From contig CAXXVS010000002.1 of NCBI GenBank assembly GCA_963674755.2, positions 1,600,001-1,664,000 of the forward strand: a stretch of 64,000 nt of DNA. The letters run 5' to 3'. The first letter of the stretch is position 1; the number at the start of each line of letters is the position of its first letter. The translations under genes were made by a program, and so were the position numbers. The notes under the pieces are model-generated. The model had not been told where the DNA came from, made no database searches, and saw nothing but the letters and a program-made list of their open reading frames with translations. Shown piece by piece: positions 1-10,644 of this stretch. This DNA is from Desulfobacterales bacterium. GTDB taxonomy: Bacteria > Desulfobacterota > Desulfobacteria > Desulfobacterales > UBA5852.

Positions 1-203
1 AATCATTCGGTAGTAAATGTCCTTGTGCTTGAGGGAAAATTTTTGGTACCACCGCAAATCAGGCATGTGGCCACCTCCCGTCAGAGGACTAAGATGGAGC
101 GGCGCCGCTCATTCCCTTCGCCGCCTGATGCCCCGGTCAGGCACCCTGCTGTAAGGCCGCGAGCGGACCGAAACCGGGTGAAGCCTTGTCGCAGCCGTTT
201 TTT

Positions 204-1493
204 TTAAGATGACAAGCCCGCCAACGCGGCATCCGCCGCGGCAATGGTTTGATCGATGGCGGCCTCGTCGTGCGCCAGGGAGACAAAGCCGGCTTCGAAC
301 TGGGACGGCGCCAGGTACACCCCACCCTCCAGCATGGAACGGTAGTATCGGGCAAACGCCTCCAGGTCGCTTCGTTTGGCAGCGGCAAAATCCGTCACCT
401 GTTGGGCGGTAAAGAACATGCCGAGCATGGACCCGACCCTGTTGAAGGACACCGGCACCCCATGCCGCCGGGCTGCCGCGGCAAGTCCTTCGGCCAGGCG
501 GCGCGAACGGTCTTCCAGCGTTTCATAGACGCCCGGCTGCCTGAGCTGCTCAAGGGTGGCCAGCCCGGCGGCCATGGCCACCGGATTGCCGGAAAGGGTC
601 CCCGCCTGGTAGACCGACCCCTCGGGCGCGATCTGGGACATGACGTCCTTCCGGCCCCCATAGGCCCCCACCGGCATGCCGCCCCCGATAATCTTGCCGA
701 AGCAGGTCAAATCCGGACGAATGCCGTACAAACTCTGGGCGCCGCCGTAGGCCACGCGGAAACCGCACATGACCTCGTCAAAAATCAGGAGACTGCCGTA
801 TTGCCGGGTAAGCTCGCGCAAGGTTTCCAGGAAACCGGGTCCGGGGGGCACCATGCCCATATTCCCCGCCACAGGTTCCACGATAATGGCCGCCACCGCC
901 GCGCCCTTGTCCGCCATGACCGCTTTTACCGTCTCGATATCGTTGTAAGGCAGCGACAGAGTATGCTGCACGACCGAAGCGGGCACCCCCGGACTGCCGG
1001 GGATGTTCAGGGTCGCCACCCCCGAACCGGCATCCACCAGCAAGGTGTCGGCATGGCCATGATAGCAGCCATCGAATTTAATGATCAGATCCCGCCCTGT
1101 CACGCCCCGCGCAAGGCGAATGGCGCTCATGGTGGCCTCGGTGCCGGAGTTGACCATCCGCACCATTTCGACCGAGGCCACCGCCTCCACCACCCGGTTG
1201 GCAAGCGCCAGTTCCAGGTCGGTCGGCGCCCCGAAACTGATCCCCCGCGCCAGCACCTCCGTTATGGCCTGGATGACCGCCGGATGACGGTGCCCCAGGA
1301 TCATCGGCCCCCAGGAGCCCACGTAATCGATATAAGCGTTGCCGTCGGCATCAAACAGGCGGCAACCCTCGGCGCGCTGAATAAAACGCGGCTCAATACC
1401 AACGGCTTTGCAGGCCCTGACCGGGCTGTTGACCCCGCCGGGAATGACCTTTTTGGAATCCTGGAAAAGAGCCGCCGAACGATCTGTTTTCAT
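204..1493 (-). CDS. hemL: glutamate-1-semialdehyde 2,1-aminomutase
   Basis: [49 protein letters not shown]-lysine and GTLSGNP motifs; start trimmed to MKTDRS. Confidence 0.96.
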   Translation of the reverse strand: MKTDRSAALFQDSKKVIPGGVNSPVRACKAVGIEPRFIQRAEGCRLFDADGNAYIDYVGSWGPMILGHRHPAVIQAITEVLARGISFGAPTDLELALANRVVEAVASVEMVRMVNSGTEATMSAIRLARGVTGRDLIIKFDGCYHGHADTLLVDAGSGVATLNIPGSPGVPASVVQHTLSLPYNDIETVKAVMADKGAAVAAIIVEPVAGNMGMVPPGPGFLETLRELTRQYGSLLIFDEVMCGFRVAYGGAQSLYGIRPDLTCFGKIIGGGMPVGAYGGRKDVMSQIAPEGSVYQAGTLSGNPVAMAAGLATLEQLRQPGVYETLEDRSRRLAEGLAAAARRHGVPVSFNRVGSMLGMFFTAQQVTDFAAAKRSDLEAFARYYRSMLEGGVYLAPSQFEAGFVSLAHDEAAIDQTIAAADAALAGLSS

Positions 1494-1870
1494 AGTCACA
1501 AATCCTTGCTGGGTAAGGGCTGCCATGGGCCGGGAGCCCGGGGTCTTGCCGGAATGACGCGACCGGGCAACAGGCCGTGCGGGTCTGGCCATCGGATCGG
1601 CATTTTTCCTGAACGATCTCCGGCAACCCCTTGACAGTCGATGAAAATAACCGCATTGACAGGTGTATCAGTGCCCGCTAGCATGTGCCGATAATGATGC
1701 CGGCAACCTCAGGACGAGCGTGTGCGAAGAGAGCCACAATCGCAGACCGTTGCAGGACGGCTGCCGTGTTGGACTGGCCACAACGGCCGAAAAATAGCAA
1801 ATCCCATCTTCGGGGTCAAGCAAGCTCGCCCATTCATGGGCAAACGGCTCAAGGCCCTCGGGAACCCGTC

Positions 1871-2623
1871 ATGGACAGCAAAAAAATCGCGCAGTTGGCC
1901 CGCTTCCTTCAATACGTGATCGGAAGGCATCCCGACGAATTTGGCATGGTGACCGACGCCCAGGGCTTCATGCCGGTCAGCGACGTTTTGAAGGTCCTCC
2001 ACAGTGAAGGCTGGTCGCAGGTGCGCCGCCGCCATCTGGAAACCCTCGATTTTCATCTGGGGAAACCGACCCTCGAAATCCGGGATCATCTTCTGCGGGT
2101 CCGGGACCGATCGCGCCTGGTGCAACACCGGGAGGCGACCGATCTTCCCAAGCTGCTGCACGTTCCCGTCCGGCGCCGCGCTTATGAGAGCGTCCTTCAG
2201 CATGGGCTGCGCCCCCAGGGGCATACCGGACAGGTGGTGCTCTTTGCCGACCCGGTCCTGGCCCGAAGCGTGGGGCAACGACGCGATCTCCAGCCCATCA
2301 TCGTGACGGTGAACGTCCAGGCGGCCTGCGAGCAGGGCGCCGGGTTCCAACAATTCGGCGAGAGCATTTTTTTGGCGGACCGCCTGCCGTCGACCTGCTG
2401 CCGCCTGCCGCGCCCACCCAAAACCCCTCGTCCGCGTGAAGTCGAACAAGACTTGCCCGCACCGGTGCCCAAGACCCCCGGAAGCTTCATCCTCACTATG
2501 GATCCGTTCGGTGACCCGTCCCCTGGCCAAAAATCGGAGAAACGCCGACACGCTTCCAAGGACTGGAAAAAGGAGCGCCGCAGGGCGCGCCGCTGGAAGG
2601 AAAATCAAACCAAAACACAGTGA
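1871..2623 (+). CDS. RNA 2'-phosphotransferase (KptA/Tpt1)-like protein, divergent
   Basis: N-terminal LARFLQYVIGRHPDEFGMVTDAQGF matches the Tpt1 N-domain; C-domain motifs are altered. Confidence 0.7.
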   Translation: MDSKKIAQLARFLQYVIGRHPDEFGMVTDAQGFMPVSDVLKVLHSEGWSQVRRRHLETLDFHLGKPTLEIRDHLLRVRDRSRLVQHREATDLPKLLHVPVRRRAYESVLQHGLRPQGHTGQVVLFADPVLARSVGQRRDLQPIIVTVNVQAACEQGAGFQQFGESIFLADRLPSTCCRLPRPPKTPRPREVEQDLPAPVPKTPGSFILTMDPFGDPSPGQKSEKRRHASKDWKKERRRARRWKENQTKTQ

Positions 2624-2715
2624 CCCGATGCCGATGGAATTCCCCCAAAAAGCGTTTGACAAGCCCCGGCAAAGCTGGTACGAAGCACACCCGATTGTCG
2701 ACCGGCATTCGATCC

Positions 2716-2792
2716 GGGCCGTTAGCTCAACTAGGCAGAGCACCTGACTCTTAATCAGTAGGTTGAAGGTTCGATTCCTTCACGGCCCACCA
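2716..2792 (+). tRNA. tRNA-Lys (anticodon CTT)
   Basis: Acceptor stem GGGCCGT/ACGGCCC, D arm GCTC/GAGC, anticodon loop CT-CTT-AA, T loop GGTTCGATTCC, encoded CCA. Confidence 0.96.
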
Positions 2793-2803
2793 AGTAAAAA
2801 AAG

Positions 2804-2843
2804 AAGGGTTCTAGGGATAACGCCTTGGAACCCTTTAGTTTTT
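2804..2843 (+). terminator. intrinsic terminator after tRNA-Lys
   Basis: AAGGGTTCTAGG...CCTTGGAACCCTT hairpin followed by a T-rich tract, with an A-tract upstream. Confidence 0.7.
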
Positions 2844-3176
2844 ATGGGGGCCTCCGCAGGCCACTCGCTTACAAATCAGGACATCCGGGTGGGTCTGACG
2901 GGATCCGGTGTGACCGATTCCCCCCGGATGTGGCTGTTGGAATTGGTCACCGGCTTTTTACCCCGGATCGGCATCCTTCAGGCGCAATAAATCCTCGCGG
3001 ATCGGCCCTAGGTGCTGATAGGCTGCAGATGGCTCGCCAGGATCCACCCGAAGGCCTTGGAAAAGATGCAAAAAGGGGTTGAATTCCCCTTCCCGGCCCT
3101 GCTAAATTCCATCCTGTGACGGTTACGAGTCTTATTACGGCAAATTGCAATCGGAAAACCATCATCAAACACAATC

Positions 3177-3491
3177 ATGCCTGTTTACGAATACCAACAT
3201 ATCCAACAGCCCTGCCGGCTGGGAGCGATTTTCGAAGTCCAGCAATCCATAAGCGAGCGCGCGCTGACATCCTGCCCGGAATGCGGCCAGCCGGTTAAAA
3301 AGCTGATCTCGCGTTCAAATATCAGCACACCCCGCTCCAATGCGGAGTTGAAAGATATGGGGTTCACCAAGCTCGTGAAACGTGATGACGGCGTCTATGA
3401 GAATGTCACCGCCCGGGGCGACGACAGCCGCTACGTCCTGCGGGACAAGCCCGAAACCCTCCCTAATCTGAAAAAAACCATTCGCGACTGA
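3177..3491 (+). CDS. FmdB-family zinc-ribbon protein
   Basis: MPVYEY...C...FEVQQSISE...CPECG pattern. Confidence 0.8.
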   Translation: MPVYEYQHIQQPCRLGAIFEVQQSISERALTSCPECGQPVKKLISRSNISTPRSNAELKDMGFTKLVKRDDGVYENVTARGDDSRYVLRDKPETLPNLKKTIRD

Positions 3492-3613
3492 CGGTCAGTG
3501 ACGACCAGTCATGGCAAACCTCTCCAACCGGGTGCGTGCTATTAACAGCGCGCTTTTCCTCTCCTTTAGCGAGTGAGCATGGCAAGCCGCTTCACTTCCG
3601 GAGTCCAAATTCA

Positions 3614-4549
3614 ATGAAATTCAGGGATACGACAACCGTAAGGGCCAACTGGCGTGTTGTGGGCGGCGGCCTTGCGGTGTTGTTGTCGGCCATCTGTTTC
3701 TACCTCTCGACGGCCACGATCCGTTGGGCTCAAATCCGGGGAATTCACCCGGCCCCCTCCTTCTATGTTTTGACCCGACTGCTGCTCGGGTTTGTGATCG
3801 TCACCGCGCTGCTCGGCATTCGAAGGCGCTCACCGCGCCCTAAAAAATACGCCTTGCTGATTGGTCGGGCCGTGGCCAACAGTGTGGCGGTCTATTGCTT
3901 TTATCAGGCCGTGCAAACCACCACCGTGTCCCATGCCAACATCCTCAACATGACATACCCGATCTTCGTGGCGCTGATCACGTGGGGGTTTTTGCCGGAG
4001 CAGCGCGACAGACGCATGATGATCGCCCTTGGGGCGGCATTTGCGGGGATCGTCCTCATCCTCTATCCCGCGCAGATGACGTTCAACCACAATCACCTTT
4101 GGGGGATAGGCTCCGCCATCAGCGCCGCACTGGCGATCGTATGCCTCAATCTCAGCCGCAAGGTGCACGATTCGGAGACCGTTCTGTTTTACATGTTCGG
4201 CATCGGATCCCTGATCATCTATGCCGGATTCCATCAGCACATGGTCATTCATCAAGCGGGCGACGTGATCTATCTGCTCACTTGCGGCGCATTCGGCATT
4301 GCCGGTCAATACCTCATCACCCTGGGCTTCCGCTATGTCTCCGCTGTGGAGGGCAGCATCATATCCTCTACCCGAATTCTGATAGCGGCTTTTATCGGCC
4401 CCCTGATCGCCATCGATCCCGCCCTCACCACACGGGGCTGGTTGGGCGCCCTCCTAATTTTCATGGCCAATGTTTACCTGGCCGTCCACAAGACAAACCA
4501 AGGGAGGAATCAGGCGAAACGCCAATTGCGACAAGTGAAAGGGAGATGA
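3614..4549 (+). CDS. DMT/EamA family transporter
   Basis: About 10 hydrophobic segments in two EamA-like halves (ANILNMTYPIFVALI; GQYLITLGFRY). Confidence 0.85.
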   Translation: MKFRDTTTVRANWRVVGGGLAVLLSAICFYLSTATIRWAQIRGIHPAPSFYVLTRLLLGFVIVTALLGIRRRSPRPKKYALLIGRAVANSVAVYCFYQAVQTTTVSHANILNMTYPIFVALITWGFLPEQRDRRMMIALGAAFAGIVLILYPAQMTFNHNHLWGIGSAISAALAIVCLNLSRKVHDSETVLFYMFGIGSLIIYAGFHQHMVIHQAGDVIYLLTCGAFGIAGQYLITLGFRYVSAVEGSIISSTRILIAAFIGPLIAIDPALTTRGWLGALLIFMANVYLAVHKTNQGRNQAKRQLRQVKGR

Positions 4550-4580
4550 CCGGATACCGTCGGATGGATTGCAGGGACTA

Positions 4581-5102
4581 TTATTTTCCCTTCGTTGGCA
4601 GCACGCGATAGTGAAGGCAAACCCGTTCGGCATCAAGCTGGATGGTCCGATAAAGCGCCAGGTCCGCGCTGATGCCGTCTTCGAACATGGCAATCCCACG
4701 GCCGAAAACCATGGGGGTGATGGTTACCAGAATTTCGTCGATCAAGCCGGCCTGGGCAAAAAGGGTGTTGATGCGCGCGCCGCCCGCCAGGATGACCCGC
4801 CCAAACCCCTCTTGTTCAAGATTGCTCAGGATATCCGCCGGGGCAAGGCTGGTGTAGACGAGATTTTCCCATTGCGAAACCCGCCTGGAATCACTCGTCA
4901 TCACGACATTGCGTCGTCCCGGCAGCGGCCGGCCGATGGTATCGAAGGTTTTGGACCCCATGATGACAACGCCGGCACGACGTGTTTCGCGCACAAAGAG
5001 CTGCTTATCGGCCCGGCCCGTCCAATCAGGAAAATGGTCGGCATGCCGTGCAATTTTCCCGTCCAACGTCTGGGCCATCAGCAAAATGGTTTTAATCGCC
5101 AT
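4581..5102 (-). CDS. dihydrofolate reductase family protein
   Basis: MAQTLDGKIA, VIMGSKTFDTIGRPLPGRRNVV, LAGGA and LIDEILVTITP motifs. Confidence 0.85.
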   Translation of the reverse strand: MAIKTILLMAQTLDGKIARHADHFPDWTGRADKQLFVRETRRAGVVIMGSKTFDTIGRPLPGRRNVVMTSDSRRVSQWENLVYTSLAPADILSNLEQEGFGRVILAGGARINTLFAQAGLIDEILVTITPMVFGRGIAMFEDGISADLALYRTIQLDAERVCLHYRVLPTKGK

Positions 5103-5449
5103 CCCATCCTCCCCTATGTTTGCCATAATCATCTGATCCCGGCGATAGCCCCCTAGCCAGGGGCCTCCCCTCCTCAAAAGGCAGCGACATCTTCCTCGTA
5201 ATGATCGCGGGCGAAAAATAATGGCACGTCCATGAACGCCGGTCTTCCCGCCGTCTGCGTCTCCATAGCCAGAGCCCCCCAATCCCATGCACGCTTTTCG
5301 AAAACCGGCGGTATGGAGAAACGCCGTACTCACTGTGTAAAATATTTCCTATAATTCACTACCGAATGCCTTGGTTATCCTATCGTCAATCCCCGCAAAT
5401 ACGATATAACCATTTGATATTTTTTCATTAATATAAAACTAACACATCA

Positions 5450-5465
5450 TGGCATACAGTTTGCT
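5450..5465 (+). promoter_or_regulatory. sigma54 promoter (-24/-12)
   Basis: TGGCATACAGTTTGCT is GG-N10-GC, preceded by an AT-rich tract. Confidence 0.7.
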
Positions 5466-5560
5466 GTATAGAACCATAAATTTATAACAGATGGTATACC
5501 ACAGGCGTTTGGACAGTGAAATGATGACAAAGCCTGAGCCTTTTTGTGGGAGATTTGAAA

Positions 5561-5764
5561 ATGCGTAAATGCTTCCTTGTCATATGCATGCTGCTATTCA
5601 TGCTGATCCTGATGGGTTCGGCATCTGCCGATTGGTTCTCTGCGACATTGCCCACCAGATCGCTTCTCTCCGAACACACCGCCCTTATCGGGTTGGGTGC
5701 CGCCATGGTCGCTTTGGGCGCCTATGGACGGCGGGCCCTATCCAAAGACCGCTCCCAAAACTAA
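5561..5764 (+). CDS. small exported protein with PEP-CTERM-like tail
   Basis: GGGAGA RBS; signal peptide ending ASA; C-terminal LSEH-hydrophobic helix-GRR. Confidence 0.6.
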   Translation: MRKCFLVICMLLFMLILMGSASADWFSATLPTRSLLSEHTALIGLGAAMVALGAYGRRALSKDRSQN

Positions 5765-6972
5765 CCCCCCCGGCGGCCATCGCTCGTGATGGCCTGCCCG
5801 ATATGGTGCGCCGCCGTTTGGGCGCCATCCAGCCTTATCCCCGGATGCGGTTGGGATGCGGATTCAAGTTGCCGCCGCAACAGCGTCTCCAGGTTGTCCG
5901 GATTCGCCTCAGTCTCATTGATTGCCTGGAGTTGGTCCGCAAGTGAGGCTCTGAGGCGGCGGACATGGATTTGCTGCTCCTGATCCTGCATACCACGCAA
6001 CACAACCAGGCCGGGACGCCCCGCGTACAACAAGTCGGTCAAGCTATTGTACCCCCCATAGATAACCGCCATGCGGGATCGCATTAGCGCGTGCAGGTAA
6101 GCCTCTCCGGGCTCGAACACGCGACAATGGGGCAGTCGGCGGAGCTTCTCAAAAACGTTACGCATCGCAACGCCTTCACCGGAGCGCCCCAGGAAAAAAT
6201 ACCATTGGCCGACCGCGGATCCGATCCTTTCGATTGATCGAATCAGGGCCTCCAGAAAAACGGCGCTGTGTTCACCGATCCAGGGTATGGAAACCGTTCC
6301 CGCCAGTAAAGGGGCGCCGGCGGACCGCTCCGGAGGGCTCACATGGCGCCATTCCGCCAAACGGGAAACATAGCCGGTGGCCGTCGGTATGCGACCGAAT
6401 TGCTGCGCTAGTTGCTTTGGCATGGCGTCCCCCAGCACCGCCGGATCGCCATACCACAAGATATCCGTATAAAATTTTTGAAAGGTCTCGGTGGCCATTT
6501 CCGACCAGACCCCTTTCACATCGCCAATCACGCCCCGCAGTCCCAGCATCCAGCGGGTAGCCCCATCCGATGCCGAGGCGGTCAGGGCAGGCAGCAACTC
6601 GCGATGCTTGCCCTGGGGCATGTGGTCGCTTAGGGCGCAACGGGGACGCAGGCGGGCCACCAAATCCTGCAAGATGCCGGCACGAAGCGTCCCCAGTTCC
6701 TGATCGGAAAGATTGCTGGTGCCGCGGCACCCCCGGGAGACACCGTCGGCAACGCGGGTTTCATAGGACGGCAGCTTGATCCAGTCCAAGCGACCCTCCC
6801 CGATGAGATCGGCCGTCTTCTTCAGGCCTGTTACGAACAGCACCCGCAGATCGGGAAACAGCCGCCGGACCGCCAGACCGATGGCCACACTGCGGCTGGC
6901 ATGGCCCAGGCCACGGCCATCATGGGCATAAATAAGGAGATCCAGGCATTGCATTTCGGGTTTGGGGGGCAT
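5761..6972 (-). CDS. predicted glycosyltransferase (GT-B fold)
   Basis: YAHDGRGLGHASR N-terminal motif and YGGYNS...QEQ C-terminal motif. Confidence 0.8.
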   Translation of the reverse strand: MPPKPEMQCLDLLIYAHDGRGLGHASRSVAIGLAVRRLFPDLRVLFVTGLKKTADLIGEGRLDWIKLPSYETRVADGVSRGCRGTSNLSDQELGTLRAGILQDLVARLRPRCALSDHMPQGKHRELLPALTASASDGATRWMLGLRGVIGDVKGVWSEMATETFQKFYTDILWYGDPAVLGDAMPKQLAQQFGRIPTATGYVSRLAEWRHVSPPERSAGAPLLAGTVSIPWIGEHSAVFLEALIRSIERIGSAVGQWYFFLGRSGEGVAMRNVFEKLRRLPHCRVFEPGEAYLHALMRSRMAVIYGGYNSLTDLLYAGRPGLVVLRGMQDQEQQIHVRRLRASLADQLQAINETEANPDNLETLLRRQLESASQPHPGIRLDGAQTAAHHIGQAITSDGRRGG

Positions 6973-7262
6973 GATAAGGCAATTCGCATCAGGGGTTGAC
7001 CGGCAGTTTACTTTTAAATGGTGATGCCCTAAATAGCAATAGCATCCGTGGGCGCCTCCTTTAGCCGTCTGCCAGCGGTCCGGGTGAATCGATCCGGGAA
7101 AAGCGTGGCGCCACTGGATCTTGCCTGTGCGGGGCGCGGGGGACGGGGGCTTGCCCCACGCGGCGCCTGGACGCTGCAGGGCCGGCCATCCCAGCACATG
7201 TTTCAGGATGCCAGGCAGATCGGGACACCAGCTCAAACCTCATCAGGAAAACGAGATCAATC

Positions 7263-8399
7263 TTGCGGATCGCCTTCTACATGCCGTTTAAGCCGCTCGG
7301 CCACCCCCACCCTTCCGGCGACCTGATCATCGGCTCCGAACTGTTCCGGTTTCTGCGGCAACGCGGCCATGACGTGCGTCTTGTCAGCCGGCTGCGGACG
7401 CGCTGGATTTTCTGGAAACCGTGGCAGTGGGTTCGCATCCCCCTGGAAATCGCCCGTGCCCGACGGTTGATGCACCGCTTCCGCCCCCATGTTTGGCTGA
7501 CCTATCATTCCTATTACAAGGCGCCCGATGTGCTGGGGGCGGTCTGCGCCCCATTCGGCCGCGTACCCTATGCGATTTTCCAGGGGGTGTATGCCACCAA
7601 ACGGCGCCGCCAACTGAAAACCAAACCCGGGTTTTACATTAACCGCTATGGGTTGCAGCGCGCGGACGCGGTTTTTACCAACAAACGGCGTGACGAAATC
7701 AACCTGCGGCGTCTCCTGCCCGGGGATCGATTGCACTATATTGCCCCGGGCATTTTTCTGGGCCGTTTTCAGGCCGCACAGACCGAAGGCCTCACGCAAA
7801 AAAATGGGCCGGATAAAGACGGCACGCCCGTCATCCTCACGGTTGCCATGTTCCGACCCGGCGTAAAGGCCGACGGCATCGCACGCGTTATTCGCGCCTG
7901 CGGTGGAGCAGCCCGCAGGGGCTGCCGCTTTCGGCTGGTCGTCTGCGGCGACGGCCCCCTGCGACATTATCTGGAGCGGCTGACGGTCGAGGAACGACTG
8001 GAAGGCCGCGTTCAATTTACGGGCCAAACCCCACGGGATCGGATGCCCCATGTGTATCGCGGTGCCGATGTGTTTGCCTTTCCCGGCATTGAGGAGGGAT
8101 TGGGGATGGTCTATCTCGAGGCCCAGGCCATGGGGCTGCCGGTGGTGGCCTGCTCAGGCTGGGGCGCGTCCGAAGTGGTGCGCCACAATCAAACCGGCTT
8201 GTTGAGTACCCCGGAAGACGGGCAGCAGTTCGAGGATCATCTCGTGCATCTGATCACGGATGGTGACCTGCGACGCCAAATGGGGACCGCCGCAGCCCGC
8301 CATGTGGCCCGGCATCATGATCTGGAACGCAACTACCAGGATCTCGAGGCCCAGCTCGAACGACTGGCCGCGCACGCCCCAGGCGGACCGATCGGATAG
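7263..8399 (+). CDS. GT4 family glycosyltransferase
   Basis: ADVFAFPGIEEGLGMVYLEAQAMGLPVVA EX7E motif; GDGP. Confidence 0.9.
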   Translation: MRIAFYMPFKPLGHPHPSGDLIIGSELFRFLRQRGHDVRLVSRLRTRWIFWKPWQWVRIPLEIARARRLMHRFRPHVWLTYHSYYKAPDVLGAVCAPFGRVPYAIFQGVYATKRRRQLKTKPGFYINRYGLQRADAVFTNKRRDEINLRRLLPGDRLHYIAPGIFLGRFQAAQTEGLTQKNGPDKDGTPVILTVAMFRPGVKADGIARVIRACGGAARRGCRFRLVVCGDGPLRHYLERLTVEERLEGRVQFTGQTPRDRMPHVYRGADVFAFPGIEEGLGMVYLEAQAMGLPVVACSGWGASEVVRHNQTGLLSTPEDGQQFEDHLVHLITDGDLRRQMGTAAARHVARHHDLERNYQDLEAQLERLAAHAPGGPIG

Positions 8400-8473
8400 A
8401 CGGGCAATGATGCAAGCGGGACGCCACCCGGCGGCCGATCGTGGCGAAAGCATACGGAGGCCGGGACGCGGGG

Positions 8474-9073
8474 CTAGAAGCGCCATCTTTTGCCAATACC
8501 GATCCCTTTGGGGAGTCCATCATCAGGCGTTTCCAAGATGGTCCATTTATCTAAGCGGTCCAGCTGGTCCGGATCTCCCAAGAAAAGATAGGTTCCATCC
8601 CGATCGACGTTCATGTAATACCAGTCTTCGTCTCTGATGATGGTGTTCTGGTGGGAATCTTCAGGATTTTTACCGGTCGGAGGAGAAATCCCCTTCAGTG
8701 CCCGTTTATCGCGCTGGTGCGCATCCGCCACCTTTTTATCAGACGACGCATCGGTGAGGCCCTTGGGCCCCACCTGCACCAGCGGATTCGGCCGCGTTTG
8801 GGCCAGGAGCGCATCCACTTCGCGGGAAGCCTCACGCGATGCTTCCCGGGGAAAGTGATGGCCAGTTTCCGTCAATGGGAAATCGGCATCAAGGGCACAT
8901 CCGGTCAATATACGGTCTGCGTAACGGACCACATCCGAACAGACCAAGGGAACCGCTTTGGCCGAAGGAGCGCCCACGGCCAAAAGGATTGGTATGATCA
9001 CGGCCATCACTTTCAGACGACGCGTCAGGCCGATGCCGCCTGTGGGGGCCGATCGCCTATAGCATAAGGTCAT
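8474..9073 (-). CDS. hypothetical exported protein
   Basis: CAGGAG RBS, signal-like segment ending AKA, C-terminal IGIGKRWRF. Confidence 0.55.
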   Translation of the reverse strand: MTLCYRRSAPTGGIGLTRRLKVMAVIIPILLAVGAPSAKAVPLVCSDVVRYADRILTGCALDADFPLTETGHHFPREASREASREVDALLAQTRPNPLVQVGPKGLTDASSDKKVADAHQRDKRALKGISPPTGKNPEDSHQNTIIRDEDWYYMNVDRDGTYLFLGDPDQLDRLDKWTILETPDDGLPKGIGIGKRWRF

Positions 9074-9373
9074 ATCGTTATACTCCTGAAATTGCAGAAT
9101 ATTTTCTTTAGATGCGCTTTGTTTGAAGGCTTGCGTATATGAAGATGCATCCAATGAAGCCCCATTATATAACCATGATCAAGCGAATCGCAACTGGCGT
9201 CCCCCTTCAAGAAGGCCTATTCCCCGAGGATCTTGCCAACGACCGACAGGCATATCCTGGCCTGGCCCCCTTTAAATTTGAGCCGGTGCGCTCGAAGGCC
9301 TTTCCGGCGATTGCGCCGGTCCTGCAATTCCATTAAAGTTCGACGTGATCGACAGGCCATCTGGGAAATTCCT

Positions 9374-10564
9374 ATGACGATGATTCTTCATATTGATATG
9401 GATGCCTTTTTCGCCGCCGTGGAACAGCGCGACAACCCTGAACTGCGGGGCCAATGCGTCATTGTGGGCGGCCGGTCGGAACGGGGCGTCGTGACCACCG
9501 CCAGCTATGAGGCCCGCCGTTATGGGGTGCGCTCGGCCATGCCCATGTTCGAGGCCCGCCGCCGCTGCCCGCAGGCCATCATCGTTCCGGGACGTATGGC
9601 GTGCTATAAAGCCATTTCCCGACAGATCATGGGATTGCTGCAGGCCTTCACGCCCCTCGTGGAGCCGGTCTCCATCGACGAAGCCTATCTGGATATCAGC
9701 GGAAGCGAACGTCTCCTTGGTCCGCCCGAGGAAGTGGCCCGCCGCATCAAAAGCACCGTTCTGCAGGCCACCGGCCTGACCTGCTCCGTGGGCGGCGCAC
9801 CTCTGCGCTTTTTAGCCAAAATCACCTCCGACATGAACAAACCCGACGGCCTGACGCTTCTCAGGCCCCATGAGGTCGCCCCCTTCATCGAACACCTTCC
9901 GGTCCATAAAATCCCGGGTGTGGGGAAGGTCACCCGGGAGCAGCTGGCCCGGATGCAGCTTCAAACCCTCGGGGATGTTCGACGCTATCCGCCGGACATG
10001 CTGATCGCCCGTCTGGGAAAATTCGGCCATCGGCTCCTGGCGCTTTCCCGGGGGGAGGACCCCACCCCGGTCACCCCCCACACACCGGCCAAATCGGTGA
10101 GCTCCGAGAATACCCTGCCCCGGGATACCGGCGACCAATCTGTCCTGCATGGTCTGCTGCTGCACCATGCCGAAGATGTCGGCCGCCAGCTGCGACGGCT
10201 GGGGCTCAAAGCGCGCACCATTACCCTCAAAATCAAACACGCGGATTTTCAGCAGGCCACCCGCAGCCGCACCCTCAAGCAGCCCACCCAGTCTTCGGAA
10301 ACGATTTTGCAGGAAGCGGACACCCTGCTGCGACACTACCCCCTGACCCGCAAAGTGCGCCTGATCGGTGTGGGGGCATCCCATTTTGTCCCTGCGAAAG
10401 CCCCCGTTCAGGCCGATCTTTTTACAGAAAAGAACAAGCCGCCGGCCAACTGGGAGAAAGTCGACCACGCCGTGGACGCCATCAACGAACGCTTTGGCAA
10501 TGATGTTATCCGCAAAGCGAGCCTCGTGGCTTGCGGCAAGCAGAACACCGAACCGGAGAAATAA
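9374..10564 (+). CDS. dinB: DNA polymerase IV
   Basis: ILHIDMDAFFAAVE, SYEARRYG, SIDEAYLD and KPDG Y-family motifs. Confidence 0.96.
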   Translation: MTMILHIDMDAFFAAVEQRDNPELRGQCVIVGGRSERGVVTTASYEARRYGVRSAMPMFEARRRCPQAIIVPGRMACYKAISRQIMGLLQAFTPLVEPVSIDEAYLDISGSERLLGPPEEVARRIKSTVLQATGLTCSVGGAPLRFLAKITSDMNKPDGLTLLRPHEVAPFIEHLPVHKIPGVGKVTREQLARMQLQTLGDVRRYPPDMLIARLGKFGHRLLALSRGEDPTPVTPHTPAKSVSSENTLPRDTGDQSVLHGLLLHHAEDVGRQLRRLGLKARTITLKIKHADFQQATRSRTLKQPTQSSETILQEADTLLRHYPLTRKVRLIGVGASHFVPAKAPVQADLFTEKNKPPANWEKVDHAVDAINERFGNDVIRKASLVACGKQNTEPEK

Positions 10565-10644
10565 CCGCCCCCGCCGGATAGAAGGACCACACGCCCCCGC
10601 TCCCGTCCCGGGCCAGGCTCCTTTGGAAAACGCCGCAAACAGGC

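Noticed and set aside
2716..2792. tRNA-Lys as an integration site
   Set aside because: I saw no duplicate of its 3' end and no integrase in the window.
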